From: Planctomycetota bacterium
GTDB taxonomy: Bacteria > Planctomycetota > UBA8108 > SXIK01
Direction of reading: 5' to 3'
Length of the DNA stretch: 64,000 nucleotides
Assembly: GCA_965223265.1 (NCBI GenBank)
Contig: OZ244999.1
Coordinates: 7,456,001-7,520,000 of the forward strand
Of the stretch, positions 40,707 to 50,830 are shown piece by piece. The notes under the pieces are model-generated. The model ran no database searches. It was not told the DNA's origin and saw nothing but the letters and a program-made list of their open reading frames with translations. A program made the position numbers and the translations under genes. Position 1 is the first letter of the stretch; every line of letters begins with the position of its first letter.

Positions 40707-42848
40707 ATGCAAGTCACGCCGTGGTTCGCCGCTTTCGGAAACACAGCGCGCCTGTGTTTGCTTTCCTGGTGTGTTGCAGCGCAGATCGGAGCGACGGAAG
40801 CGTCTGCAGGTCGTCACTTCTGGGCGTTCCGGCCGCCTGCCGACCCCGAGCTCCCACTGGTGAACGACGCGTCGTGGCCGACGACGCCTCTCGATCGCTT
40901 CGTTCTCGCTAAGCTCGAAGAGCACGGGATCAAACCAGCACCGCGAGCAGATAAACAAACGCTGATCCGTCGCGCCACGTTCGACCTCACCGGCTTGCCT
41001 CCGGTGCCCAGTGATGTCGCATCGTTCCTCGCCGACGACGCACCGGATGCGTTTGCAAAAGTCGTCGATCGCCTCCTCGCCTCACCACGCTACGGCGAGC
41101 GCTGGGGACGCCACTGGCTTGACGTTGCTCGCTACGCTGATTCGAACGGACTCGACGAAAACGCCGCCTACGGCAACGCCTGGCGTTATCGCAACTACGT
41201 GATCCTCGCCTTCAGCGCCGATCGTCCGTACGACCGATTCGTGACGGAGCAACTTGCGGGCGACCTCCTCGCCAGTTCGGGTAGCGACGACGTCACGAAC
41301 GAGCGACTCATCGCCACGGGGTTTCTCGCGCTGGGTCCCAAATTCCTCGCCGAGAAAGATCCTCAGAAGATGGAGATGGACATCATCGACGAGCAGATCG
41401 ACACGTTTGGACGTGCCTTCATGGGACTCACGCTTGGCTGCGCGCGCTGTCACGATCACAAGTTCGATCCAATCCTCACAGAGGACTACTACGGTCTCGC
41501 TGGCATTTTCAAAAGCACGCGCACGATGGAACACTTCATTAAATTCGCGCGTTGGCATGAGAATCCACTCCACAGCGACGTCAACCGAGCGGCGCAGCGG
41601 GAACACCAGCGCCAGCTTAGGGAGATCGAGAACCAGATCGAGGATGTCGTGCAAGCGGCGAACGCGGCGTTGACGCAAGACGGCGCACGGCTACCGCAGA
41701 GTCCTGAGCGTGCGTACTCAAAAGAAACACGCTCCAAGCTCAACCAACTGCGCGCGGCGCAGAAGGAGCTGAAGGAGACTTCGCCTGTGACGACGGCCTT
41801 GGGCGCGACCGAACGCGACGTCGTCGACGTGGCAATTCACCAAGGTGGCAGTCACTTGCGTCTCGGTAGGACGGTGCCGCGACGCTTCCCCCGTGTGCTC
41901 GCCGGAGAAAATCAAGCACGCTTCGACCCAAGGGCGAGCGGGCGATTGCGCCTCGCGCGTTGGCTGACGGACGGAAAACATCCACTGACAGCGCGGGTCA
42001 TGGTGAACCGGCTTTGGCGCTGGCACTTCGGCCATGGACTCGTGCGCTCGACGGGCAACTTTGGCAGGCTCGGTGAACCTCCGAGCAACCAGGCGCTTCT
42101 CGACTGGCTCGCCGTCCGCTTCGTGGAGCACGGCTGGTCGCTGAAGGCGATGCACCGCATGATCATGCTTTCGGCTACGTTCCAGATGAGCGACCACCAC
42201 GACGACAAGGCCGCAGCGCTCGATCCCGAAAACCGCCTCCACTGGCGGGCGAACGTCCGGCGCCTTGAAGCGGAAGCGATTCGCGACTCCTTGCTGGCGG
42301 TCGGTGGCCTCCTCGAGCACCGTATGGGCGAGTCGATCCTCAAGGTGAAGAATCGCGAGCATGTCTTTCACATCAACACCAAGGATGAGACGAGCTACGA
42401 TAGCTCTCTGCGCTCAGTCTACCTGCCGGTGATTCGTAACCATCTCTACGACGTCTTCAGCCTCTTCGATTACACCGATGCGAGCGTCATCAACGGCGAC
42501 CGCGCGACGACGACGATCGCACCGCAAGCGCTTTTTCTGATGAATAGCGAACTCGTGCGCAAGGTGACGGGGGCGCTAGCAGCACGAGCTCTCGCCGCGC
42601 GCAGCGTTAGAAAGACCGATGCAGGGTCGGCTGGCGACGTGGACGATGAACGCGTCCACAGACTTTATCAGCTCGCCTACAGCCGCGACGCGACCATGGA
42701 TGAAATCACCCGCGCTCGAGAACTTCTCAACGCTTTCAATCGCGAGCTCCCGGCAAACACCGCCGGTGAAGAGGAGAGACAGCAGCGAGCCTGGCAGCTC
42801 CTGGCGCAGATCATCGTCGCCGCCAATGAGTTCATCTACGTGCGGTAG
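40707..42848 (+). CDS. DUF1549/DUF1553 (PSCyt2/PSD1) planctomycete protein
   Basis: FWAFRPP, LIRRATFDLTGLPP, YGERWGRHWLDVARYADS, GCARCHDHKFDP, TARVMVNRLW, RRLEAEAIRD, PQALFLMN. Confidence 0.95.
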   Translation: MQVTPWFAAFGNTARLCLLSWCVAAQIGATEASAGRHFWAFRPPADPELPLVNDASWPTTPLDRFVLAKLEEHGIKPAPRADKQTLIRRATFDLTGLPPVPSDVASFLADDAPDAFAKVVDRLLASPRYGERWGRHWLDVARYADSNGLDENAAYGNAWRYRNYVILAFSADRPYDRFVTEQLAGDLLASSGSDDVTNERLIATGFLALGPKFLAEKDPQKMEMDIIDEQIDTFGRAFMGLTLGCARCHDHKFDPILTEDYYGLAGIFKSTRTMEHFIKFARWHENPLHSDVNRAAQREHQRQLREIENQIEDVVQAANAALTQDGARLPQSPERAYSKETRSKLNQLRAAQKELKETSPVTTALGATERDVVDVAIHQGGSHLRLGRTVPRRFPRVLAGENQARFDPRASGRLRLARWLTDGKHPLTARVMVNRLWRWHFGHGLVRSTGNFGRLGEPPSNQALLDWLAVRFVEHGWSLKAMHRMIMLSATFQMSDHHDDKAAALDPENRLHWRANVRRLEAEAIRDSLLAVGGLLEHRMGESILKVKNREHVFHINTKDETSYDSSLRSVYLPVIRNHLYDVFSLFDYTDASVINGDRATTTIAPQALFLMNSELVRKVTGALAARALAARSVRKTDAGSAGDVDDERVHRLYQLAYSRDATMDEITRARELLNAFNRELPANTAGEEERQQRAWQLLAQIIVAANEFIYVR

Positions 42849-42854
42849 TCAACC

Positions 42855-44294
42855 TTGAGGAAGAAAGTGACTCCGGAATCACCCTCGCGACGCGCAGTTC
42901 TCCGTTCGAGCGCCCTCGGCTTTGGCCAGCTGGCGCTCGCGACGTTGCTGCGGGACGAGCGCGCTTTCGGTGCGCAGCCGATTCTCCGTGACGCGCTTGA
43001 GGGAAGCCGCACACACTTCGCGTCGCGCGCCAAGAGAATCATCTTCCTCTTCATGCTCGGCGGGCCGTCGCACCTCGACACGTTCGACTACAAACCGCGA
43101 CTCGAGCGCGACCACGGCAAGCCGCTGCCGTTTCCCAAGTTACGGATCAAGTTCGATGGCACGGGAAACCTTCTGCGCTCGCCGTGGGAGTTTCGCCGCC
43201 ACGGCGCGAGCGGTCTCCTCGTCAGCGAGCTCTTTCCGCACGTCGCGCGTCACATCGACGATCTCTGCATCATCCGCTCAATGCATGGAACGAACGTGGC
43301 GCACGGAGCGGCGGTCCTCAAACTGCACACCGGAAGCGACACGTTCGTGCGCCCGAGCATGGGATCGTGGATCCTCTACGGCCTCGGCACGGAGAACCAT
43401 AACCTGCCTGGATTCATCACGATTTCTCCAACGCTCGGCTACGGCGGCGTCAAGAACTGGAGCTCGGCGTTCCTGCCGGCGCCGCACCAAGGGACGCCTC
43501 TCGGCAGCACAGGCGTTCCGGCGCGCGAAGCGAAAGTACGCTACTTAGACAGTTCCGAGACGCCGCGCAGCGTCCAGCGACTGCAGCTCGACGCGTTGCG
43601 CCAGGTCAACCAGGAACACCAGCGCCGCGGTGGACCGAACTCGGCGCTGGAGCGCCGCATCGAGTCGTTCGAGCTGGCATTTCGTATGCAAACGAAGATG
43701 CCAGAGATCCAGAGCATAACGGGCGAAAGCAGCGCGACACGAAAACTCTACGGTCTGGACGATCCCGTGACGGCCGACTTCGGCCACCAGTGTCTTCTCG
43801 CGCGGCGCTTCGCCGAACGCGGCGTGAGATTCGTTCAGGTGACGCACAGCTCCGGACCGACCTGGGATCAGCACTACGAGATTCGCAAGGGACACGCCGA
43901 CAACGCCCGAGCAGTGGATCGGCCGATCGCTGGACTGCTCGCAGACCTGAAGTCGCGCGGCCTCCTCGAGGAAACGCTCGTGATCTGGGGCGGCGAGTTT
44001 GGGCGCACGCCGACGGTGCAGGGGCCCTATGGCCAGAGAGCGGGTCGCGACCACAACCCCGGCGGTTTCACGATTTGGCTTGCCGGGGGTGGCGTCAAAG
44101 GCGGCATCGCGTATGGCGAGACCGACGAATACGGTTACTACGCCGTTGAGAACAAAGTACACCTCCACGACCTGCACGCGACGATCCTCCACCTCCTCGG
44201 ACTCGACCACACGCGGCTGACCTACAGCTATGCCGGTCGGCAATTCCGGTTGACGGATATACACGGTGAGGTGGTCACGGGGATCCTGGCGTAG
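42855..44294 (+). CDS. DUF1501 family protein (Tat-like signal)
   Basis: SRRAVL, IFLFMLGGPSHLDTFDYKP, ARRFAERGVRFVQ, WGGEFGRTP, GRDHNP. Confidence 0.95.
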   Translation: MRKKVTPESPSRRAVLRSSALGFGQLALATLLRDERAFGAQPILRDALEGSRTHFASRAKRIIFLFMLGGPSHLDTFDYKPRLERDHGKPLPFPKLRIKFDGTGNLLRSPWEFRRHGASGLLVSELFPHVARHIDDLCIIRSMHGTNVAHGAAVLKLHTGSDTFVRPSMGSWILYGLGTENHNLPGFITISPTLGYGGVKNWSSAFLPAPHQGTPLGSTGVPAREAKVRYLDSSETPRSVQRLQLDALRQVNQEHQRRGGPNSALERRIESFELAFRMQTKMPEIQSITGESSATRKLYGLDDPVTADFGHQCLLARRFAERGVRFVQVTHSSGPTWDQHYEIRKGHADNARAVDRPIAGLLADLKSRGLLEETLVIWGGEFGRTPTVQGPYGQRAGRDHNPGGFTIWLAGGGVKGGIAYGETDEYGYYAVENKVHLHDLHATILHLLGLDHTRLTYSYAGRQFRLTDIHGEVVTGILA

Positions 44295-44439
44295 CGTTAG
44301 CCGTCTGTTACAAAAAGGTGAGATCGGACAAAAAAGGCTGATCCATTTCGCGTCGAGGTTCCCCCGTGTATCGTGGAGTCCTGCATCGCTCGCCGCGTTG
44401 AGGGAAGGTTTGCACAAAGAGCATAGGCCAGCCTGCACC

Positions 44440-47400
44440 ATGCATCGGATCCAACCGCTTTCTGGCGCCGTCCTTCTCGTCCACCTCCTGATTCTCCCCA
44501 ACGCGCCCATCAGCGCTGCGCCCCCGGAACTGATCTACCAGGGGTCGGGGGTCACGGGACTCACTGGCAACGACCACTCCCTGCTGGTCGCGCTCCGCGG
44601 CAACAGTCCGGAAACGTGCGCCCTCGATCCGAGCCAGAAGAACGCCGTCCTCGTCTCGATCTCACTCAACACACTCAACGTCGCCGTCTTGCGCAAACAG
44701 TGTAGCGCTGCGCGGAACTCTCTCGTTGCCACGAACACGCATCTCTATTTTCGGGAGTCCGACGGCTCCATTCGCCGGATGGCCGTCGGTGGCGGCCCCA
44801 CCGAGATCCTTGCTCCCACACCGACCGGTGGAAGCAGCCTGGCTCTTGACGGCACCCACGTCTATTGGGGGCGAGGCGATGGTGGAACGAATTTCATCCA
44901 CCGCGTACTCGCCAGCGGTGGCGTCGTCGAGACGGTCGCTTCCTTTGCGGATGACGGCCACACGATTCGGCAGATCCAGGTCGACGGTACGCATATCTAC
45001 TGGGCCGAGGGAACCGTTGGCTCCGGCGCGATCAAACGCTTGGCCAAAGGCGGCGGCGCCCCACAGACGCTCGCGAGTCCCGCGAGCGATGTGAACAACG
45101 CGGCCGTCCTCGCTCTCGACGGTGGCTTCATATACTTCGGCGAACTCGCGACCGGACGCGTGCGCCGAGTACCGACCGGTGGCGGTCCGATCTTCGACTT
45201 CGTCACGGATTTCGATCCCGACTACATGGTCGAGTCCATCGCCGTGCGTGATGCGCATTTGATCTGGGCCGACACGACAGGCGGTTTCGATGGTCGCCTG
45301 AGACGCGGCGACAAGGGCGGCGGCGCAGTCGGCGATGCGGAAGTGACGAATCTGAGCATGCTCGCCGCGGCACCCGGGAATGTTTTCCTGACGCCGACCC
45401 ATGTCTACTGGAGTGAAGGTTCGCAGGTGTTCCGTCAGGAGATCGGCGCCGCTGGTCTCGCGGTCGACCTGACGGTGCGTGAGTTGGAGGTTACGCAAGG
45501 GCTTCAGGACCTTCCAGACGGCAGCGCCGGCACCGTGCCGCTTTTTGAGGACAAAGTGACGTGGGTGCGCGTCTACCCAGAAGTCGACTTTGAGGTAGAG
45601 GCGGTAAACGTGCATCAGAATGACGTGACGTTGAATCTACGCGGATTCCGTGATGGAGGCGAGCTGCCCGGGTCGCCACTTTTTCCCACGACGGAGTCTG
45701 TAGACGTCCGCAAGGGTCGCTTCGGACGCGACGCTTTGGACCTGACGTTCAACTTTCTGTTGCCGGCGTCATGGATTCGCGGGGACGTCTTGCTGCGCGC
45801 GGAGATCAATCCCGGCGCCGCGATCCCGGAGTCCGACCACGACAACAACGTCTTCGAGCAAACCGTGAGCTTCGACGACCCCGACCCGCTCTGTCTCGTC
45901 CTCGTGCCTGTCCGCACCGCCGAGCCAGCGCCGAGCATCCACGACGGGTTCATGGCCGACATCGTGGGGCTGCTGCACGTGTTGTGGCCAGCCGGACGTA
46001 TTCACCGCGGTCATTACTCTGAGATCAAGGAAGGGACGGGCGGCTACGAGCTCGACGACGACGGCAGCAAGATCCTAAACAAGCTCGAGTGGATCGAATT
46101 CTGGGCGATCTTCCCGGACGACTGGTGCGAGAACGACACCGGCCGGACCCACTTCGTCGGCGTCGTCGAGCCTCAGGATGCCGGCTTCCTCGGACTCGCC
46201 CGCCTGGGGGCGAATGTCGCCTGGATTCAAAAACTGATCGGAACGCCGGACTTGAGCATGTCGCGTATGGAGTACTACGAAGAAAACTTCGGCGAATCGA
46301 TCCTGTGGCCAAACGTGCCCATGGCGGGATCCGTGCTGGCCCAGGAGCTGGCGCACAATCTGGATCGTCGACATGTCGACTGCGGCAACCCCGAAGACAT
46401 CGACAACAACTATCCATACGACCCATGCCGCATCTCCGATGAAACACCGCGCGGCTTCTGGGGGTTCGACCACCGACTCTTCGCGAGCCTCTACCACTCG
46501 CAATGGACACTCGTCTCGCCGCTGATGCGGGCGCGCGACTTCCTGAGTTACAGCGCTCCGTTTTGGGTGTCGGACTACACCTACGGCGCGATCCTCGACG
46601 AAAACGACGGCGGCGGAGGCAGCCACGCGGCATTCGCGGAGACGGACGACCTCTTGATCGTCAGCGCCCTTATCCACGCCGACGAGACCGCGGCGCAGTT
46701 CGAAAAGCTGCACCAATTGCCTGGCAGCTTCTTTGGCGCCAAGGGACTGCCAAAGCTCGACAGCTTCTACGACGAACTCGTGCGTCCGGGCGGCAGGTGG
46801 GAGCTCGAACTGCGGGGTGCAGGTCAGGTGGTCCTCGACACGATCGCGTTCGAACCGCTGGCCGCTGCGAGCGAAGATCACCACGAGAACTCGTTCATTC
46901 TGCCGGTGCGGTCAGTCCCCGGAACGGAAAGCATCGTCCTCACGAAACAAGGCGTAGAGATGGACACACGGGCGGCGAGCCTGGAAGCGCCGGTGGTCGA
47001 TCTGATCCAGCCGGACGGCGGCGAGGCGTTCGGCGAACTCTTCGACATCGAATGGACGTCGAGCGACGACGATGGCGACACCGTCACCCACGATATCTTC
47101 TACAGCCCCGATAACGGCTCCACGTGGTGCGTCCTGGCGCAAGATATCGACGGCACGACGTTCACGCTAGACCGCCGCGACGCAGTCGCCGGCAGTACCA
47201 AGGCGCTCGTGCGAGTCGTCGCGACGGATGGTTTCTGGTCGGCCACCGACGAATCGACGCGCCCGTTTACTGTCGACTTCCGCCCGCCGACGGCTTACAT
47301 CACGCGTCCGCGACCGAGCGAAGTCCTAGACCTTGCACAGGACGTCGTACTGCGCGGCGGCGCCACCGATCCCGAGGACGGATCGCTGACCGCGGTCGCC

Positions 47401-49101
47401 GCGCTCTCCTGGTTCGTCGACGGTCAACCTGTGGGACAGGGACCTACCGTCACGGTGTCAGGACTCGCGCGCGGCGAGCACCGAGCCACGCTGCGCGCCG
47501 TCGATAGCCACGGCGGCGCCGACACTGTCGAAGTGGACTTCGTCCTCGCCGAGCGCTACTGCACGCTTTTGAGTCGGCGTCTCCAAATTGTCTTTGTGGT
47601 TGAAAACTCATCGCTCATGGACGTGCAGGACGCTGTGCTCTGCCGACGCCTGCCACTCGTCATGGACGCACTCGCAACGCTGGAGCTCGAAGTCGAAAGT
47701 GAAGTCGTCAGCATCCTCGGCGCGAGCGATTGCTCGGTACGCACCGTCGCTGAGATCGACGCCGCGACCCAGGTAGCGGCGGAATCAGACTGGCCACAGG
47801 CGATCGTCAGCCTGGCGCGGACGTACGAGTGGAGTGACGATGCAACGCGACTCATCGTTCCCGTGGTTCTGCAGCCGCCCCTGAGCGCGACGGCCGGGTC
47901 GGGCGATCCGATCGCTGCGGCGGCAGACGAGGCGCGCGCCGCGTCGGTGGCGGTCGCGCCTTGGTTGCCGCTCGGGAGTGACGGGTCCGCCGATCCCACC
48001 GTGGAGCGACTCGCAGCGCGCCTCGCCGAGAGAACCGGCGGACGCGGCCTCGATTGGAACGCGGACGACTTTGACGTCGCGCTCGATCTCCTGGCGCACA
48101 AGGCGCGCCTCGGGTGCCGGCCCGAGGTCGCAGGCTTCGTGCCGACTGACCCGGTGCTGCCCGGGGAGACACTCGTGATTTTCGGCGACCATCTCAACCC
48201 CGGAGTCTGCGTCGAATTCGGTGGTGAGCCGGCCACTGTCGTCGACTCGGCGCCGGACGGCAGTTGGGTCTCCTTCAGCGTACCACCCGAGGTCGATCCG
48301 GGCGCTGTTCACACCGTCCGTGTCAAACGCCCCGGCAGTGGCTCGACGGCGGTTCCAGACTTCATCGCAGCGGTCGACCCGTCGCGCACGGCTGTCGATC
48401 GCGCAGTGACGGCGCTGCGCTTCAATGGGGAGGGCGGAGCAGCGCCGGAAGTCGAACTCACCGTCGAGTGGAGCGCCGCGGTCATCGCCGAGGGCCGAAG
48501 CCTGGTGGACTGGAGCACGGAGCTGACCGTGTCGGTGAACGGCCAGGATGTCGCCACCGACATCCACGTCGCTGACTACGTCGGCTTCGGCGGCGAGTGC
48601 GACGGAGGGGAGCAGTGCTCCGGTGAGTGTCCTCCCGGCTATACCTGCTCGAATAGCGGCACCCTGGGCTGCGCGTGCCAGCGGCACCTCACCACAACTT
48701 TCTTTCTGCCGCTCGCAGACGGCGACGAGGTGCGCGTGGTCCTGGCGCCCGCGGCGGACTCGTTTGCCGACAGCGACGCGACAAACGATGCCCTCACCGC
48801 CGTCTTCGGCGAACAGGGTCTACCCTTTCTGCGCGGTGACGCGAACGACGACGCGACCGTAGATATCTCCGACGCGATCTTCACGCTCGGCGCGCTCTTT
48901 GGGGGCGTCGGTGGGATAAGCTGCGAGGACGCCGGCGACTCAAACGACGACGGCACCGTCGACATTTCGGACCCCATCAACAGCCTCAATGTCCTCTTCG
49001 TCGGCGTTGGAACGATTCCGTCTCCGGGAATCACCGACTGCGGCGTTGATCCTACGGCTGACGATGGGATCGGCTGCGCGGCCTACGCGTCGTGTCCTTA
49101 G
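44440..49101 (+). CDS. Large secreted multidomain protein: propeller, metallopeptidase-like, Ig/PKD, vWA-like, IPT/TIG, dockerin-like
   Basis: Signal peptide; ALDGTHVYW-type repeats; LEVTQG; QELAHNLDRRHVDCG; DFLSY..WVSDYTY; C-terminal FLRGDANDDATVDISD...DSNDDGTVDISD. Confidence 0.8.
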   Translation: MHRIQPLSGAVLLVHLLILPNAPISAAPPELIYQGSGVTGLTGNDHSLLVALRGNSPETCALDPSQKNAVLVSISLNTLNVAVLRKQCSAARNSLVATNTHLYFRESDGSIRRMAVGGGPTEILAPTPTGGSSLALDGTHVYWGRGDGGTNFIHRVLASGGVVETVASFADDGHTIRQIQVDGTHIYWAEGTVGSGAIKRLAKGGGAPQTLASPASDVNNAAVLALDGGFIYFGELATGRVRRVPTGGGPIFDFVTDFDPDYMVESIAVRDAHLIWADTTGGFDGRLRRGDKGGGAVGDAEVTNLSMLAAAPGNVFLTPTHVYWSEGSQVFRQEIGAAGLAVDLTVRELEVTQGLQDLPDGSAGTVPLFEDKVTWVRVYPEVDFEVEAVNVHQNDVTLNLRGFRDGGELPGSPLFPTTESVDVRKGRFGRDALDLTFNFLLPASWIRGDVLLRAEINPGAAIPESDHDNNVFEQTVSFDDPDPLCLVLVPVRTAEPAPSIHDGFMADIVGLLHVLWPAGRIHRGHYSEIKEGTGGYELDDDGSKILNKLEWIEFWAIFPDDWCENDTGRTHFVGVVEPQDAGFLGLARLGANVAWIQKLIGTPDLSMSRMEYYEENFGESILWPNVPMAGSVLAQELAHNLDRRHVDCGNPEDIDNNYPYDPCRISDETPRGFWGFDHRLFASLYHSQWTLVSPLMRARDFLSYSAPFWVSDYTYGAILDENDGGGGSHAAFAETDDLLIVSALIHADETAAQFEKLHQLPGSFFGAKGLPKLDSFYDELVRPGGRWELELRGAGQVVLDTIAFEPLAAASEDHHENSFILPVRSVPGTESIVLTKQGVEMDTRAASLEAPVVDLIQPDGGEAFGELFDIEWTSSDDDGDTVTHDIFYSPDNGSTWCVLAQDIDGTTFTLDRRDAVAGSTKALVRVVATDGFWSATDESTRPFTVDFRPPTAYITRPRPSEVLDLAQDVVLRGGATDPEDGSLTAVAALSWFVDGQPVGQGPTVTVSGLARGEHRATLRAVDSHGGADTVEVDFVLAERYCTLLSRRLQIVFVVENSSLMDVQDAVLCRRLPLVMDALATLELEVESEVVSILGASDCSVRTVAEIDAATQVAAESDWPQAIVSLARTYEWSDDATRLIVPVVLQPPLSATAGSGDPIAAAADEARAASVAVAPWLPLGSDGSADPTVERLAARLAERTGGRGLDWNADDFDVALDLLAHKARLGCRPEVAGFVPTDPVLPGETLVIFGDHLNPGVCVEFGGEPATVVDSAPDGSWVSFSVPPEVDPGAVHTVRVKRPGSGSTAVPDFIAAVDPSRTAVDRAVTALRFNGEGGAAPEVELTVEWSAAVIAEGRSLVDWSTELTVSVNGQDVATDIHVADYVGFGGECDGGEQCSGECPPGYTCSNSGTLGCACQRHLTTTFFLPLADGDEVRVVLAPAADSFADSDATNDALTAVFGEQGLPFLRGDANDDATVDISDAIFTLGALFGGVGGISCEDAGDSNDDGTVDISDPINSLNVLFVGVGTIPSPGITDCGVDPTADDGIGCAAYASCP

Positions 49102-49347
49102 CCCTCGATTCGGGCACGAGCCCATGTTGTCGACACCGACGCCTTTACGCCTTTGAGCGAGTCTCGTACCGGACTGGCTTGTCGAACCTACTGTGGACCG
49201 AGAGTCGCGACCGAGGCGAGTCCGATCTCGTCCTGAACAAGGTAAGTTCACAGAAGAGGGTCAAGAGAAGACCGTGCATCCGTTATCATGCTTCAGTCTT
49301 GCCGGCAAAGCCCCTGACATGAAGTCACCCGCGGCGAACAAGAGACC

Positions 49348-50625
49348 ATGATGAATCCTCTTCCTCGCTTCCTCCCTTCTTCGATCTCTCAGATCGCGAT
49401 GGCTACCGCGCTCGCACTGACTCCGATCGCGTCGACCGCCTCGGACGCGAACGCGGTCGCAAGGCTCGAACTCCGCCGCGGCGATCGGATCGTTTTCGTC
49501 GGCAACACGTTCGGCGAACGATTCGTCCAGGCCGGCTACTTCGAGACGCTACTCGCCGCGCACCTGCCCGAGAAGTTCCTGACGCTGCGCAACTTGTCGT
49601 GGTCGGGTGATACGCTCGACATCCGACTGCGCCCGCTCAACTTCGGCGACCAGCACACGCACTTAGAGCAGCAAGAAGCCGACGTGATCTTTCTCTGCTA
49701 CGGCATGAATGAATCCTACGCCGGCGAGCCACGTCTCGCTGCGTTCTCGAAAGCGCTGAGCTCGCTGATCGATTCACTGCGCGCACACAACTACAACGGT
49801 GAGTCGCCGCCGAGGTTGGTGCTCGTCTCACCGATTCCGCACGAGAACCTCGGCGGACTGTTTCCCGATCCCGCGCCGCACAATGACAATCTGCGGGTCT
49901 ATACGAAAGCCATGCACGAAGTTGGCACCGACAAGCGAGTGCCGGTCGTGGATCTCTTCACACCGCTCGCGAAGGAGATGAAGGCAAGCGTTCGGCGACT
50001 CACGATCAATGGCATCCATCTGAACGACTATGGCAACTGGGTTGCGGCGCTCGCCGCGCTCGACCAGCTCGGCATCGCGCCATCGCCGGCGCGCGTGCGG
50101 ATCGATGCGCGCAGCGCCACCGTCGAAGCAAAGGCTGGCAGCGCGGAAAAGCTCAACACGGCGCGCGATTTCGTCCGCTTCGACCTACGCGAGGAGAGGC
50201 TTCCCGCCCCGCCACCGCCACCCGGTGCGGCGCCGCCGGTGCACCTCCTGGCGCGCCACCCCGAGCTAACGGTCGTCGGCCTGCTCCCCGGTCGCTACGC
50301 TCTGCGCATCGACGACCGCGAGGTGTGGACCGCCGAGCACACCGAGTGGGCCCAGGGTCTGCGACTCACGTCAGGCCCAGCCGCGGAAAACACGGAGGAG
50401 CTGCGAAAGGTCGTCCGCAGCAAGAACCGGCAGTTCTTCTACCGCTACCGTGCCGTCAACGGCGAGTACATCTACGGCCGGCGCAAGGAGCCTTTCGGCG
50501 TCGTGTCGTTCCCTCCCGAGATGGAAAAGCTCGATCGCATCGTCGACGATCACGACCGCATCATCTGGGACCTCTCGGGGCCAATCCGAGGTCACACGTT
50601 CGAGCTAGTGCGGGTGTCGAAGTGA
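49348..50625 (+). CDS. SGNH/GDSL-like hydrolase domain protein
   Basis: IVFVGNTF (Asn-Thr in place of GDS), YGMNES, TINGIHLNDYG. Confidence 0.85.
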   Translation: MMNPLPRFLPSSISQIAMATALALTPIASTASDANAVARLELRRGDRIVFVGNTFGERFVQAGYFETLLAAHLPEKFLTLRNLSWSGDTLDIRLRPLNFGDQHTHLEQQEADVIFLCYGMNESYAGEPRLAAFSKALSSLIDSLRAHNYNGESPPRLVLVSPIPHENLGGLFPDPAPHNDNLRVYTKAMHEVGTDKRVPVVDLFTPLAKEMKASVRRLTINGIHLNDYGNWVAALAALDQLGIAPSPARVRIDARSATVEAKAGSAEKLNTARDFVRFDLREERLPAPPPPPGAAPPVHLLARHPELTVVGLLPGRYALRIDDREVWTAEHTEWAQGLRLTSGPAAENTEELRKVVRSKNRQFFYRYRAVNGEYIYGRRKEPFGVVSFPPEMEKLDRIVDDHDRIIWDLSGPIRGHTFELVRVSK

Positions 50626-50830
50626 CGCGCTAGACATTCTTGCTACGTTCTGCAACACGATTCGTGCGAGCCGCAGAGGTGTGACGTATCGTTGCAGGTA
50701 GGTAGGTGTCGAGCGCGGACGGGGGACGCGAAGCGGAAGGTCTGTGCAGACACATTGCCGACTCTCGCAGTTTTGCTGTCTCCCATCGCGCCGTGAGCAT
50801 GTTTTCCGGCTGATTCAAGGGAGTCCACCG

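Noticed and set aside
44308-44345. Direct repeat ACAAAAAGG..GATC x2 upstream of the large secreted gene
   Set aside because: Only two short imperfect copies, too little to call a regulator site.
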